From Elusimicrobiota bacterium (GTDB lineage: Bacteria > Elusimicrobiota > Elusimicrobia > UBA1565): DNA of 36,784 nucleotides. Numbering within the stretch: position 1 is the first letter of the stretch; each line of letters opens with the position of its first letter. The stretch spans positions 1 to 36,784 of the forward strand of contig JBDRPD010000040.1 in NCBI GenBank assembly GCA_043827405.1, read 5' to 3'. A program made the translations under genes and the position numbers. A model generated the notes under the pieces. That model saw only the letters and a list, made by a program, of their open reading frames with translations, did not search any database and was not told the DNA's origin. Positions 8,511 through 17,300 of this stretch are shown here, piece by piece.

Positions 8511-8876
8511 ATGTTCGACTACAAACTCAAAGGCAAGCAAGTCATCCTGCAGCTCGATCCCGAGTTTTTACCGCATTTGAAATACTGCGGCATCGAGGGG
8601 TCACCGCTGTTCGCCAAGGTTTATAAAATGGAGCAGGATGGCCTGTGGCTGGAGACGAACTCATTTCGCGTCTGTCCGACGCCGATCATCAAGCTCTCCG
8701 GGCCGAAGGGCGAGCAGTTCTGCCGCGCTCATATTTACATCCCGCGGCAGGCGATCATCTCGGTGGTGGCGTTTCCCGCCGTCACCGCGAATCTGGAGAA
8801 TGATCCCAAGCTGCACCAGATCGGCTTCCGGCCGAAAAGCCCCATAATGAAAGGAGCGGCGCCGCGGGCAAAGTAA
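8511..8876 (+). CDS. Hypothetical protein, possible Sm/Hfq-like beta-barrel with C-terminal IGF motif
   Basis: Purine-rich RBS (gaggggg). Strand pattern QVILQL..LFAKVYKME.DGLWLE..HIYIPRQAIISVV. TAATG overlap with the next gene. Confidence 0.7.
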   Translation: MFDYKLKGKQVILQLDPEFLPHLKYCGIEGSPLFAKVYKMEQDGLWLETNSFRVCPTPIIKLSGPKGEQFCRAHIYIPRQAIISVVAFPAVTANLENDPKLHQIGFRPKSPIMKGAAPRAK

Positions 8877-10039
8877 TGGGCGCAACGCCGCGACGCGCGT
8901 GGGCCCGTACGGCGCTGCTGGCCGCCTGCGGTCTGCTGTGCGGCCTGCTGCTCGCCGAGGCGGCGAGCTGGCTGGTGTTTCGCCGCACCGTCGCGCAGCT
9001 CGCGGTCGAAGACCGGGACCTTTACTACTACATCGATACCGCCGGCATGCGCCACCATATCCCGAACCGGACCGGCTATCAGCCGCTATGGGACGGCAAG
9101 GGAAAGGCGGCGTTCCGTATCAATGCGCACGGCTTTCGCGGAAAGGATATCGACTTGCGCAAGCCCCCCGGCGTCAGCCGGCTGCTGTTTCTCGGCGATT
9201 CGATCACCATCGGCTGGCGGCTGCGGGAAGAAGACGTTTTCGTCGAGCATATCGGCCGCGCGCTGGGCGCCCGCTATGAGGTGATCAACGCGGGCTACGC
9301 CGACGCCGGACTCACCGAAGAGGACGCGGTGCTGCGCGCGGCCGGCATGCGCCTGCGCCCGGACCTCGTGGTGCTCGGCTGGTATCTCAACGACGGCCGC
9401 CCGCCGGTGGGCTTCCCCGAGGAGGTCGTCTACCGGAATCCCGTCATCCGCTGGATTCAGGCCAACCCGCTGCTGCGCCGCAGCTACTTCGTGGGCTTGT
9501 TCTACGGAGCGCTGCGCAAATCGCTCGTCGAGCAGGCGGTCAAGGTTTCGGAGCATAAGTCCAATCGCTTCCGCTGGGTGAAGCATTACGTCGACCAGAA
9601 GCATGAATGGCGGGTTAAGCCCGAGTCGCTGGCGGAGCTCCTGCGGCTGGCGAAGTACGATTTCGGCGACGGCTGGAACGCCGCCAGCCGCCAGGCGATG
9701 TTCAAGCGCATCCGGGCGATGCGCGATTATGTCCGCGGCCAGGGCGGGGAATTTGCCGTCGTGATTTTCCCGCTGCATGCCCAGGTCTACACCGAGGTGC
9801 GCGAGCCGTTCGTCGATGAGCCGCAGCGCGACTTCGCGGCTTTCTGCCGGGACGCGAATATCCCCTGCCTGGACCTGCTGCCGCCGCTGCGCGGGCGCCA
9901 AGCGGAGGAGCTGTTTCAGGATTTCTGCCACTATACGCCGCGCGGCAACGCCGTCGTCGCGGAAGAAATCCTGGCTTTTCTTAGGAAGCGGAGTCTGCTG
10001 CCAGCAGGGCGCGCTTCTTCTGCACCGGAAAAGCCTTAA
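8876..10039 (+). CDS. Membrane-anchored SGNH/GDSL hydrolase family protein (AlgX/AlgJ-like esterase or acyltransferase)
   Basis: N-terminal TM, INAHGFRG, LGDSIT, INAGY, YLND, and the DxxH block DFCHYTPRGN. Confidence 0.85.
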   Translation: MGATPRRAWARTALLAACGLLCGLLLAEAASWLVFRRTVAQLAVEDRDLYYYIDTAGMRHHIPNRTGYQPLWDGKGKAAFRINAHGFRGKDIDLRKPPGVSRLLFLGDSITIGWRLREEDVFVEHIGRALGARYEVINAGYADAGLTEEDAVLRAAGMRLRPDLVVLGWYLNDGRPPVGFPEEVVYRNPVIRWIQANPLLRRSYFVGLFYGALRKSLVEQAVKVSEHKSNRFRWVKHYVDQKHEWRVKPESLAELLRLAKYDFGDGWNAASRQAMFKRIRAMRDYVRGQGGEFAVVIFPLHAQVYTEVREPFVDEPQRDFAAFCRDANIPCLDLLPPLRGRQAEELFQDFCHYTPRGNAVVAEEILAFLRKRSLLPAGRASSAPEKP

Positions 10040-10319
10040 TCCGGGCTTCGCGCACCAGCGCTTCGGAGCGGGTGAAGCCGTCCTCTTGGTAGACCAGTCG
10101 GACGGGCAGGTGCGTCCGGGTATAGGCTGCGCCCTTGCCCGCGCGATGCTGCTTGAGGCGCGCCCGCACATCCTTGGCGATGCCGGTATAGAGGGTGCCG
10201 CCGGCGCAGGTCAGGATGTAGACCGAGTATTCTTTTTTCGCTCCGGGCTTGTCCTTGAGCCCGTCGAGCATGCGCTTGTATTTGGCCTTCTTGTCTTTGG
10301 CGCTCTGCTTCTTTTTCAC
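9981..10319 (-). CDS. GIY-YIG nuclease family protein (UPF0213/YhbQ-like)
   Basis: YSVYILTCAGGTLYTGIAKDVRARLKQHRAGKGAAYTR..PVRLVYQE..RSEALVREARIK. The probable GTG start at 10319 overlaps the gpsA stop. Confidence 0.9.
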   Translation of the reverse strand: MKKKQSAKDKKAKYKRMLDGLKDKPGAKKEYSVYILTCAGGTLYTGIAKDVRARLKQHRAGKGAAYTRTHLPVRLVYQEDGFTRSEALVREARIKAFPVQKKRALLAADSAS

Positions 10320-11335
10320 GCCTGCTCGACGTCGGCCCGCATGGGGCGCGTCATTAAGGTCTCGGCGACATCGCGCGGGGGCTTGCCCTCGTAGAGGGCG
10401 GCGTAGATCTCGTTGGCGATAGGCAGGTCCACGTGCTGTTCCCGGCTGAGCTTGCGGGCCGCCTTGGCGGTATACATTCCTTCCGCCGTTTCGCCGAGCT
10501 CGTCGAGACTTTCCTCCAGGCTTTTCCCCTTGGCCATCAGGTAGCCGAGCCGGCAGTTGCGGCTCTGCCGGCTGGTGCAGGTTAGGACCAGATCGCCCAT
10601 GCCGGCGAGCCCTTGGAAGGTCAAGGGCTGGGCGCCGAAATGCCGCCCCGCGCGCATGATCTCGGCCAGGCCCCGGGTGATGATCGCGGCCCGGGCATTG
10701 TCGCCGTAGCCCAAGCCGTCCACCGCGCCCGCCGCGATGGCGATGACGTTCTTGAAGGCGCCGGCCACTTCGACGCCCATCATATCGTCGGAGGGATAGG
10801 TGCGAAAGAAGGGGGAGTGAAACAGCCCGGCCCATCTTTCGGCCGCCGCGATATCCTCGCCCGCGAAGGCGACGGCCGTAGGCATGCCGCGGGCCGTTTC
10901 CTTGGCGAATGACGGCCCGGACAGGACGAATATCCCGCCCCGGTCCTTGCGCGCCAGGCTGTCGCGGATAATCTGGGACGGGAAGCGGAGCTGGGCTTCG
11001 CCCAGTCCTTTCGCGGCGCTGATAATCGGGATGTTCGCCGCAATAAGTTCCTTAACCGGCGACAGCACTTGGGCGATGGCCACCGTGGGTACCGCGATGA
11101 TGACGGCCTCGGCGCCGCGCAGGACTTCCCGGATATCGGGCGCGGCGTCGATTTTGGGATCGAGCTCGATGCCGGGGAGGTAGCGGGTGTTCTCGTGCCG
11201 GTCATGGATCGCGGACAGGACTTCTTGGTCGATGTCCCACAGCAGCACGCGCTCGGCTTGCGGGGCGGCGACCGCCGCCAGCCCGGTGCCCCAGCTGCCG
11301 GCGCCGAGAACGCTGATCTTGGCGAGTTTGGTCAC
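10316..11335 (-). CDS. gpsA: NAD(P)H-dependent glycerol-3-phosphate dehydrogenase
   Basis: GAGSWGT Rossmann motif, LSGPSFAKE, GAFKNVIAIAAG, GLAGMGDLVLTCTSRQSRN, AEG. Confidence 0.96.
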   Translation of the reverse strand: MTKLAKISVLGAGSWGTGLAAVAAPQAERVLLWDIDQEVLSAIHDRHENTRYLPGIELDPKIDAAPDIREVLRGAEAVIIAVPTVAIAQVLSPVKELIAANIPIISAAKGLGEAQLRFPSQIIRDSLARKDRGGIFVLSGPSFAKETARGMPTAVAFAGEDIAAAERWAGLFHSPFFRTYPSDDMMGVEVAGAFKNVIAIAAGAVDGLGYGDNARAAIITRGLAEIMRAGRHFGAQPLTFQGLAGMGDLVLTCTSRQSRNCRLGYLMAKGKSLEESLDELGETAEGMYTAKAARKLSREQHVDLPIANEIYAALYEGKPPRDVAETLMTRPMRADVEQA

Positions 11336-11341
11336 GCCGCC

Positions 11342-11350
11342 ATTATATCA
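11342..11350 (-). promoter_or_regulatory. Extended -10 promoter (TGaTATAAT), 6 nt upstream of the gpsA GTG; probable leaderless transcript
   Basis: The minus strand reads TGA TATAAT ggcggc GTG: a consensus -10 box with no SD. Confidence 0.7.
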
Positions 11351-11409
11351 ATGAAGCCGGAGCAACTGTTGCCGGCAACAGTCGGCGCGGGATTGAGGGC
11401 GCGGGTGTT

Positions 11410-11418
11410 TGTTATAGT
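11410..11418 (+). promoter_or_regulatory. Extended -10 promoter (TGtTATAGT) for the 11440 gene, divergent from gpsA
   Basis: TG-t-TATAGT, followed by a short leader with a strong SD (ggaggagg) before ATG 11440. Confidence 0.55.
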
Positions 11419-11439
11419 CAGGGACCGGAGGAGGGGCCG

Positions 11440-11901
11440 ATGAGCGAGGAAATCAAGGTGCAGCTGAAGGGGCCGCAGGCAATTATGGCTGTTTTGGTCC
11501 TTATTGGGATCGGCGGGTTCCAGTGGGTCCGGCTGGGAGTCAATTTCCCGACGGGCGGGCCGGCGGAGGAAGTCAAGCATTGGGTTGTTAATACCTATCA
11601 TGGCGGTGAACTGGAAGAGGCGCTGGATGAGGCGGCCGAGAACTTGACGGAGGATGCCGGGAAAAAGGTGCTTGCCGCCGCGGCCAAGCAGCAGGCTCTC
11701 AGCAAGGTCGAAATCACCGGGTTGTCCGTGCGCCGGAGCGGGAAGAACGAATATGTCGTCCGCGTCGACTTCCTGCTTGACGGGAGGCCGCCGCCGGACG
11801 GGAAGGGGCAGCGCTACTTGCGAGTCGAGAATCGCTCTCCGGGAGGATGGTTTGTGCGGCATGAGACTTCGGCTTTCAGCTATTACTCCACTTTCTTTTA
11901 G
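11440..11901 (+). CDS. Hypothetical single-pass membrane protein
   Basis: Strong SD, N-terminal TM (AIMAVLVLIGIGGFQW) and a soluble alpha/beta domain. Confidence 0.75.
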   Translation: MSEEIKVQLKGPQAIMAVLVLIGIGGFQWVRLGVNFPTGGPAEEVKHWVVNTYHGGELEEALDEAAENLTEDAGKKVLAAAAKQQALSKVEITGLSVRRSGKNEYVVRVDFLLDGRPPPDGKGQRYLRVENRSPGGWFVRHETSAFSYYSTFF

Positions 11902-11912
11902 GGCGGGTTCGT

Positions 11913-12416
11913 CTAAGGCTCAAACCCGATCCGTTTTCGGTCCTTCGGATCCGGTGCCATCAGCTCTCGGATCGCGTCGAAAATGCTTCGGATATGATCG
12001 TCGTGTCCTTCTATCCGTCGCTCTAATTCTTTGAGCTTGACGGACAGTCCTTGGTGTAGAAATAGCGTTTCCTTGATCCTCACGAAAGCCCGCATTATCG
12101 TGATGTTGACGAGGATGGCACGCTCGCTGTTGAGCACGCTGGAGAGCATCGCCACGCCTTGCTCAGTGAACAAATAGGGGCGCCGTCGTAGTCCCATCTT
12201 GAGGCGCGGATTGGAGGTGCCGAATTGGCACCTCCAATTCTTAAACTCTGTCGGATTCATCTGGAACATGAAGTCAGCTGGAAACCTCCGCTCGTGCCGC
12301 TTCACCGCTCGATTCAACTGCTTCGTGGGTACACCATATAGCGCGGCGAGATCCCTGTCGAGCATGACCCGGCGCCCCCGAATGAGCAGAATTGATCCCT
12401 CAATCGCTTCGGGCAT
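11913..12416 (-). CDS. ORF6N-domain DNA-binding protein
   Basis: IRGRRVMLDRDLAALYGVPTKQLNRAVKRHERRFPADFMFQ..PYLFTEQGVAMLSSVLNSERA, then a coiled coil and C-terminal RKRIGF. SD GGGAGA precedes ATG 12416; alternative start 12431. Confidence 0.92.
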   Translation of the reverse strand: MPEAIEGSILLIRGRRVMLDRDLAALYGVPTKQLNRAVKRHERRFPADFMFQMNPTEFKNWRCQFGTSNPRLKMGLRRRPYLFTEQGVAMLSSVLNSERAILVNITIMRAFVRIKETLFLHQGLSVKLKELERRIEGHDDHIRSIFDAIRELMAPDPKDRKRIGFEP

Positions 12417-12647
12417 AGGATTTTCTCCCATGCCTTTGCATACGATTCAGGAGGCGATTCGGTTCCCGAAAATAAAAAGCCTCTATCGCGAATTTGAGAG
12501 CCACGCTCTATGGCTTGAGCATGATCCCGGCTATCGCACCGTGAAAAATGACCCCAGCCATGCTTTCATGCTCCGGCTGCGCGGAAAAAATCGCCGCTTT
12601 GGGCCTAAAATCACCCTAAAATTGCGCTTCTGGGAAGGGGTGGAATT

Positions 12648-12674
12648 TGGTAGAATCAGCTTTCAATATTTGAA
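12648..12674 (+). promoter_or_regulatory. Putative pfa-ole operon promoter: extended -10 TGgTAGAAT plus downstream inverted repeat TTCAA-tat-TTGAA
   Basis: TG-g-TAGAAT at 12648-12656 and a palindrome at 12662-12674, near the expected transcription start. Confidence 0.5.
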
Positions 12675-12687
12675 TTTTTCGTAGATT

Positions 12688-14325
12688 ATGCCCCTCTGCC
12701 TTACCCCTCCTAAGAAGTGCTTGGGTACTTGGCGTTCCGGCGCGGATGAGCCCGCGGCCGATGCCGAGGGGCTTCGCGCCGCCCTCATAAAGCTCAACGA
12801 ACCCTTCTATGTTCTGGATACGGACCATGGCCCGGCCGCAGCGGCCGGCGGCGCCGCCGTTTTCGGGCCCGGCGGCGAGGGTCTCCCCGTGCTGGCCCAT
12901 GCTCCGGCGGGGCTTCCCGCGGCTCTCGGCGACCCCGCTTTTCTCCGCGACCACGGCCTGCGCTTCGCCTATGTTTCCGGCGCGATGGCCAACGGCATCG
13001 GCTCAGCCGAAATCTGCGAGGCGCTGGCGCGGGAAGGGATGCTCGGCTTTTTCGGCGCCGCCGGCCTGACGCCCGCCGTCGTCGAGCAGGCGATCGACCG
13101 CTTGCAGAGCTCGCTCGACGGGCTGCCGTACGGCTGCAACCTCATCCACAGTCCCAACGAGCCCGATCTCGAGGACGCGATTACCGAGCTCTACATCCGC
13201 AAGGGCGTGCGGCGGGTGGAGGCTTCGGCTTTCATGGGGCTGACCCCGGCGATCGTGCGCTATCGCGCGCAGGGTCTGCGGCGAGCGGACGACGGTTCGA
13301 TTACGGCGCCCAACCGCGTCGTCGCCAAGGTTTCGCGGGTCGAGGTCGCCGAGAAGTTCTTCAGCCCGGCGCCCGCGGGCATGCTGCGCGAGCTCGCCGC
13401 CGCCGGCCGCATCACGGCGCAGGAGGTCGAGCTCGCGGCGCATATCCCGGTGGCGCAGGACCTTACCGTCGAGGCCGATTCGGGCGGCCATACCGACGGG
13501 CGTCCGTTAGTGACCTTGCTGCCGACCATGATTTCACTGCGCGACCGCCTGCAGGAACGCTTCGGCTACGCCGATGCCCTGCGCGTGGGCGCGGCCGGCG
13601 GCATCTCGACGCCGCTTGCGGCCGCTTCGGCGTTCGCTATGGGAGCGGCCTATGTGCTGCTCGGCTCGGCGCATCAGGCCTGCGTGGAATCCGGCAGCTG
13701 CGATGCGGTGCGCAGGATGCTGGCCGAATGCGGCCAGGCCGACACGGCCACGGCGCCGGCGGCCGATATGTTCGAGCTGGGCGCCAAGGTGCAGGTTCTC
13801 AAGCGGGGAACCATGTTCGCGATGCGTGCCGCCAAGCTCTACGAGCTTTACCATGCCTGCGCCGGACTCGATGCGATTCCGGCCGCCGAGCGCAGCCTGC
13901 TGGAGCGGCAGGTGTTTCTGGCCCCGCTTGAGGACATCTGGACGCAGACGCGCGCTTTCTTCGCCGTGCGCGATCCGGCGCAGATCGTCCGCGCCGAGGC
14001 CGACCCCAAGCACCGCATGGCGCTGGTCTTCCGCTGGTATCTGGGGCAGGCTTCCCGCTGGGCCAATGCCGGCGAGCCGTCGCGGCGCATCGACTACCAG
14101 ATCTGGTGCGGCCCGGCGATGGGCGCCTTCAACGAATGGGCCAAGGGGACGTTTCTGGAGCGCCCGGAGAACCGCCGCATCGTCGATGTCGCCAAGAACA
14201 TTTTATTCGGCGCCGCGCTGCAGTCGCGGCTTAACATCCTGCGGAGCCAAGGCGTCGTTTTTCCGCGCGCCGCCGCGACCATCCGTCCGGTCGCGTCTTC
14301 CGTGCTAGAGGAGTACTTCCGGTGA
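12688..14325 (+). CDS. pfaD: PfaD-family PUFA/polyketide enoyl-ACP reductase (FMN-dependent TIM barrel)
   Basis: GAMANGI, NLIHSPNEP, VEASAF, AKVSRVEVA, EADSGGHTD, APAADMFE, VQVLKRGTMF, DYQIWCGPAMGAFNEW. Confidence 0.95.
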   Translation: MPLCLTPPKKCLGTWRSGADEPAADAEGLRAALIKLNEPFYVLDTDHGPAAAAGGAAVFGPGGEGLPVLAHAPAGLPAALGDPAFLRDHGLRFAYVSGAMANGIGSAEICEALAREGMLGFFGAAGLTPAVVEQAIDRLQSSLDGLPYGCNLIHSPNEPDLEDAITELYIRKGVRRVEASAFMGLTPAIVRYRAQGLRRADDGSITAPNRVVAKVSRVEVAEKFFSPAPAGMLRELAAAGRITAQEVELAAHIPVAQDLTVEADSGGHTDGRPLVTLLPTMISLRDRLQERFGYADALRVGAAGGISTPLAAASAFAMGAAYVLLGSAHQACVESGSCDAVRRMLAECGQADTATAPAADMFELGAKVQVLKRGTMFAMRAAKLYELYHACAGLDAIPAAERSLLERQVFLAPLEDIWTQTRAFFAVRDPAQIVRAEADPKHRMALVFRWYLGQASRWANAGEPSRRIDYQIWCGPAMGAFNEWAKGTFLERPENRRIVDVAKNILFGAALQSRLNILRSQGVVFPRAAATIRPVASSVLEEYFR

Positions 14326-17300
14326 AGAAAGAAAAAACAGCCCAGCCCCTGGCGATTATCGGCATCGCCTGCCGATTTCCCAAAGCCGACGATCTCGAGG
14401 CGTACTGGAAAAATATAAAAAACGGCGTCGACGCCATTGTTGATATTCCCGCGACGCACTGGAACCCGGAAGAGTACTTCAACGCCGACCCCAAGAAGCC
14501 GGATATGACCTATGGCCGCCGCGGCGGCTTCCTGTCCCCGGCCGATTTCAATCCGATGGAGTTCGGGATGGCGCCCCGGGATATCGAAGCCACGGACACC
14601 TCGCAGCTGCTGGGGATGATGGCCGCGCAGGACGCGCTCAAGGATGCCGGCTACGGTCCGCAAAGAGATTTCGACCACGGCCGCACCAGCGTGATCCTCG
14701 GCGTGACCGGCGCGCTCGAGCTCGTTATTCCGCTCGGCGCGCGTCTCGGCCATCCCCTCTGGCGCAAGGCCATGCGGGAGGCGGGAATCGAGGAGGCCGC
14801 CGTCGAAGACGCCGTCGGCCGCATCGCCGACTCCTATGTCGGCTGGCAGGAGAACTCTTTTCCGGGCCTGCTCGGCAATGTGGTCGCGGGCCGCATCGCC
14901 AACCGGCTCGACCTGCACGGGACCAACTGCGTGGTCGACGCCGCCTGCGCCAGTTCGCTCTCGGCCATTCACTTGGCCGGTCTGGAACTGGAGAGCGGCC
15001 GCTCCGATATGGTCGTGACCGGCGGGGTGGATACCTTCAACGATATCTTCATGTTCACGTGCTTTTCCAAGACGCCGGCGCTCTCGCCCACGGGCGACTG
15101 CCGGTCCTTCGACGCTTCCGGCGACGGCACCATCCTCGGGGAGGGGCTGGGCATGGTGGTTCTCAAGCGGCTCGCCGACGCGCAGCGGGACGGCGACCGG
15201 ATCCATGCCGTGATCAAGGGCGTCGGCTCGTCGAGCGACGGCAAGGGCGCCGCGATCTATGAGCCGAGCGCGCGCGGCCAGTCGCGGGCGCTCAAGAACG
15301 CCTACCGGCTTTCCGGGGTGTCGCCGGATACGGTGGAGCTCGTTGAGGCGCACGGCACCGGGACCAAGGTCGGCGACGCCACCGAGGTGTCGGCGCTTAC
15401 CGAGGTGTACCGCGAATACCGGCGTGAGGGCACCTGGTGCGCGCTGGGTTCGGTCAAGTCCATGATCGGACATACCAAGGCGGCGTCCGGCTCCGCCGGC
15501 CTGATCAAGGCGGTGCTGGCGCTCAAAAACAAGACTTTGCCGCCGACGCTTAAGGTTACGAATCCCAACGAGAAGGTGGCCCCGAGAAGTACTCCGTTCT
15601 ATGTCAATACGTGCAAGCGTCCATGGCTGCCGCGCGCGGAGCATCCGCGCCGCGCCGCGCTGAGCGCTCTCGGTTTCGGCGGCAGCAATTTTCACTGCGT
15701 GGTTGAAGAGTACGACGCGAAGAAAGCGGCGGCGGACTGGGACGGCGACGCGCAGATCGTCGCCTTCTCGGGGCGCGACGCGGCCGGAATCGACGCGGCG
15801 CTCGGCGCCTTCCCGGCGGACCTTCCCTGGCCGCAGCTGCGCGCGCGCGCGGCCGAGTCCCGCGCGGACTTCGCTCCGCAGGCTCCCTGCCGCTTGCTGG
15901 CCGTTCTCGAGAAAGACGGCGACGCCGGAGCGCTGCTGGCGCAGGCGCGGATGCTGCTCAAGAAGGATCCGTCCGCCAAAAGCTGGAGCGCCCCCAACGG
16001 CATCTATTTCGGTTCGGGAGATGCTCCGGGAGGTCTCGGCCTGCTGTTTTCCGGACAGGGCTCGCAGTATACGGGCATGCTCCGCGATCTGGCCTGCCAG
16101 TTCCCGCGGATGCTCGATACCCTCGCCGAGGCCAACGACGCGGTGGACTGCGGCGGCGCCGAGCGGCTGTCGGACTTGATCTATCCGCCGCCGACGTTTA
16201 ATGACGAGGATAAAGCGCGCGACGATAAAGCCCTGCGCGCGACCCAGGTCGCCCAGCCGGCGATCGGGGCGGTAAGCCTGGGCGCCTTGCGCGTGCTTGA
16301 GGATTTCGCCGTTTGCCCGCAGGCCGCGGCCGGCCACAGCTACGGCGAGCTGAGCGCGCTGTGCGCGGCCGGACGCTTCGACGCTTCGACGCTCTTTAAG
16401 CTGTCCGAGCTGCGCGGCCGCCTGATGGGCGAGGGCAAAGGAGATTTGGGTTCCATGCTCGCGGTGCAGGCTCCTATCGACCAGGTGGAAGCGGCCGTCG
16501 AGAAAGGCGGCTTCGACCTGGTGCTTGCCAATAAGAACGCTCCCAGCCAAGTGGTGCTCTCCGGCGCGACCGGGGAAATCGAGCGGGCCGAGAAATCCCT
16601 CGCGGAGCAGGGGCTGCGCTGCAAGCGCCTTCCCGTGGCCGCGGCTTTTCACAGCAAGCTGGTCGCCGGCGCGCGTGAGCCGTTTGCGCAGGCGCTCAAG
16701 GACGTGGCCTTCAAGAAGTCGGCCTTCCCCGTCTTCGCCAACACCAGCGCCGAGGCTTATCCGGACAGCGCCGCCAAGTCGCGTCTGCTGCTGGCGGGAC
16801 AGCTGGCCTGCCCGGTGGAGTTCGTGCGCGAGATAGAGAACCTGTACGCTTCCGGCGTCCGCACCTTTCTGGAGGTGGGGCCGGGAGCGCGGTTGACGGG
16901 ATTGGTCAAGGCGATCCTTGAAGGCAAGGAGTTCGCCGCCGCCGCTGTGGACGCTTCCGGCGGGAAGCGCTCCGGTATCGCCGATCTGGCCCGGGCGCTG
17001 GCGCAGCTGGCCGCGCGCGGGCATGCCGTGGCTCTGGGCAGGTGGGATGAGGGCTTCGCGCTGCCGGAAAGGAACGCGGGCGGCAAGGCCGCGTTCACCG
17101 TTCCCCTGTCGGCCGCGAACTATCGCGCGCCGCGCAAGGCCAAGCCGCCGACCAGCCGGCCGCGTCCCGCGGCCGCTCAGCCGGCTTCCGCTGCGCCGCT
17201 GACCTTCGTTTCCGCTCCCGCCGCCGCACCGGCGCAGGGCGCTCTGCTGCGTACGCAGGAGCACCTAATTGCGCTGCAGCGGATTCAGGAGCAGACCGCG

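Noticed and set aside
9981..10319. GIY-YIG gene as a homing endonuclease or mobile element
   Set aside because: Short standalone UPF0213-type protein coupled to gpsA, with no intron or intein context.
12430..12684. 84-codon plus-strand open frame spanning the ORF6N-pfaD spacer
   Set aside because: No RBS, starts head-to-head on the ORF6N 5' end, covers the likely promoter, and has no recognisable motif.
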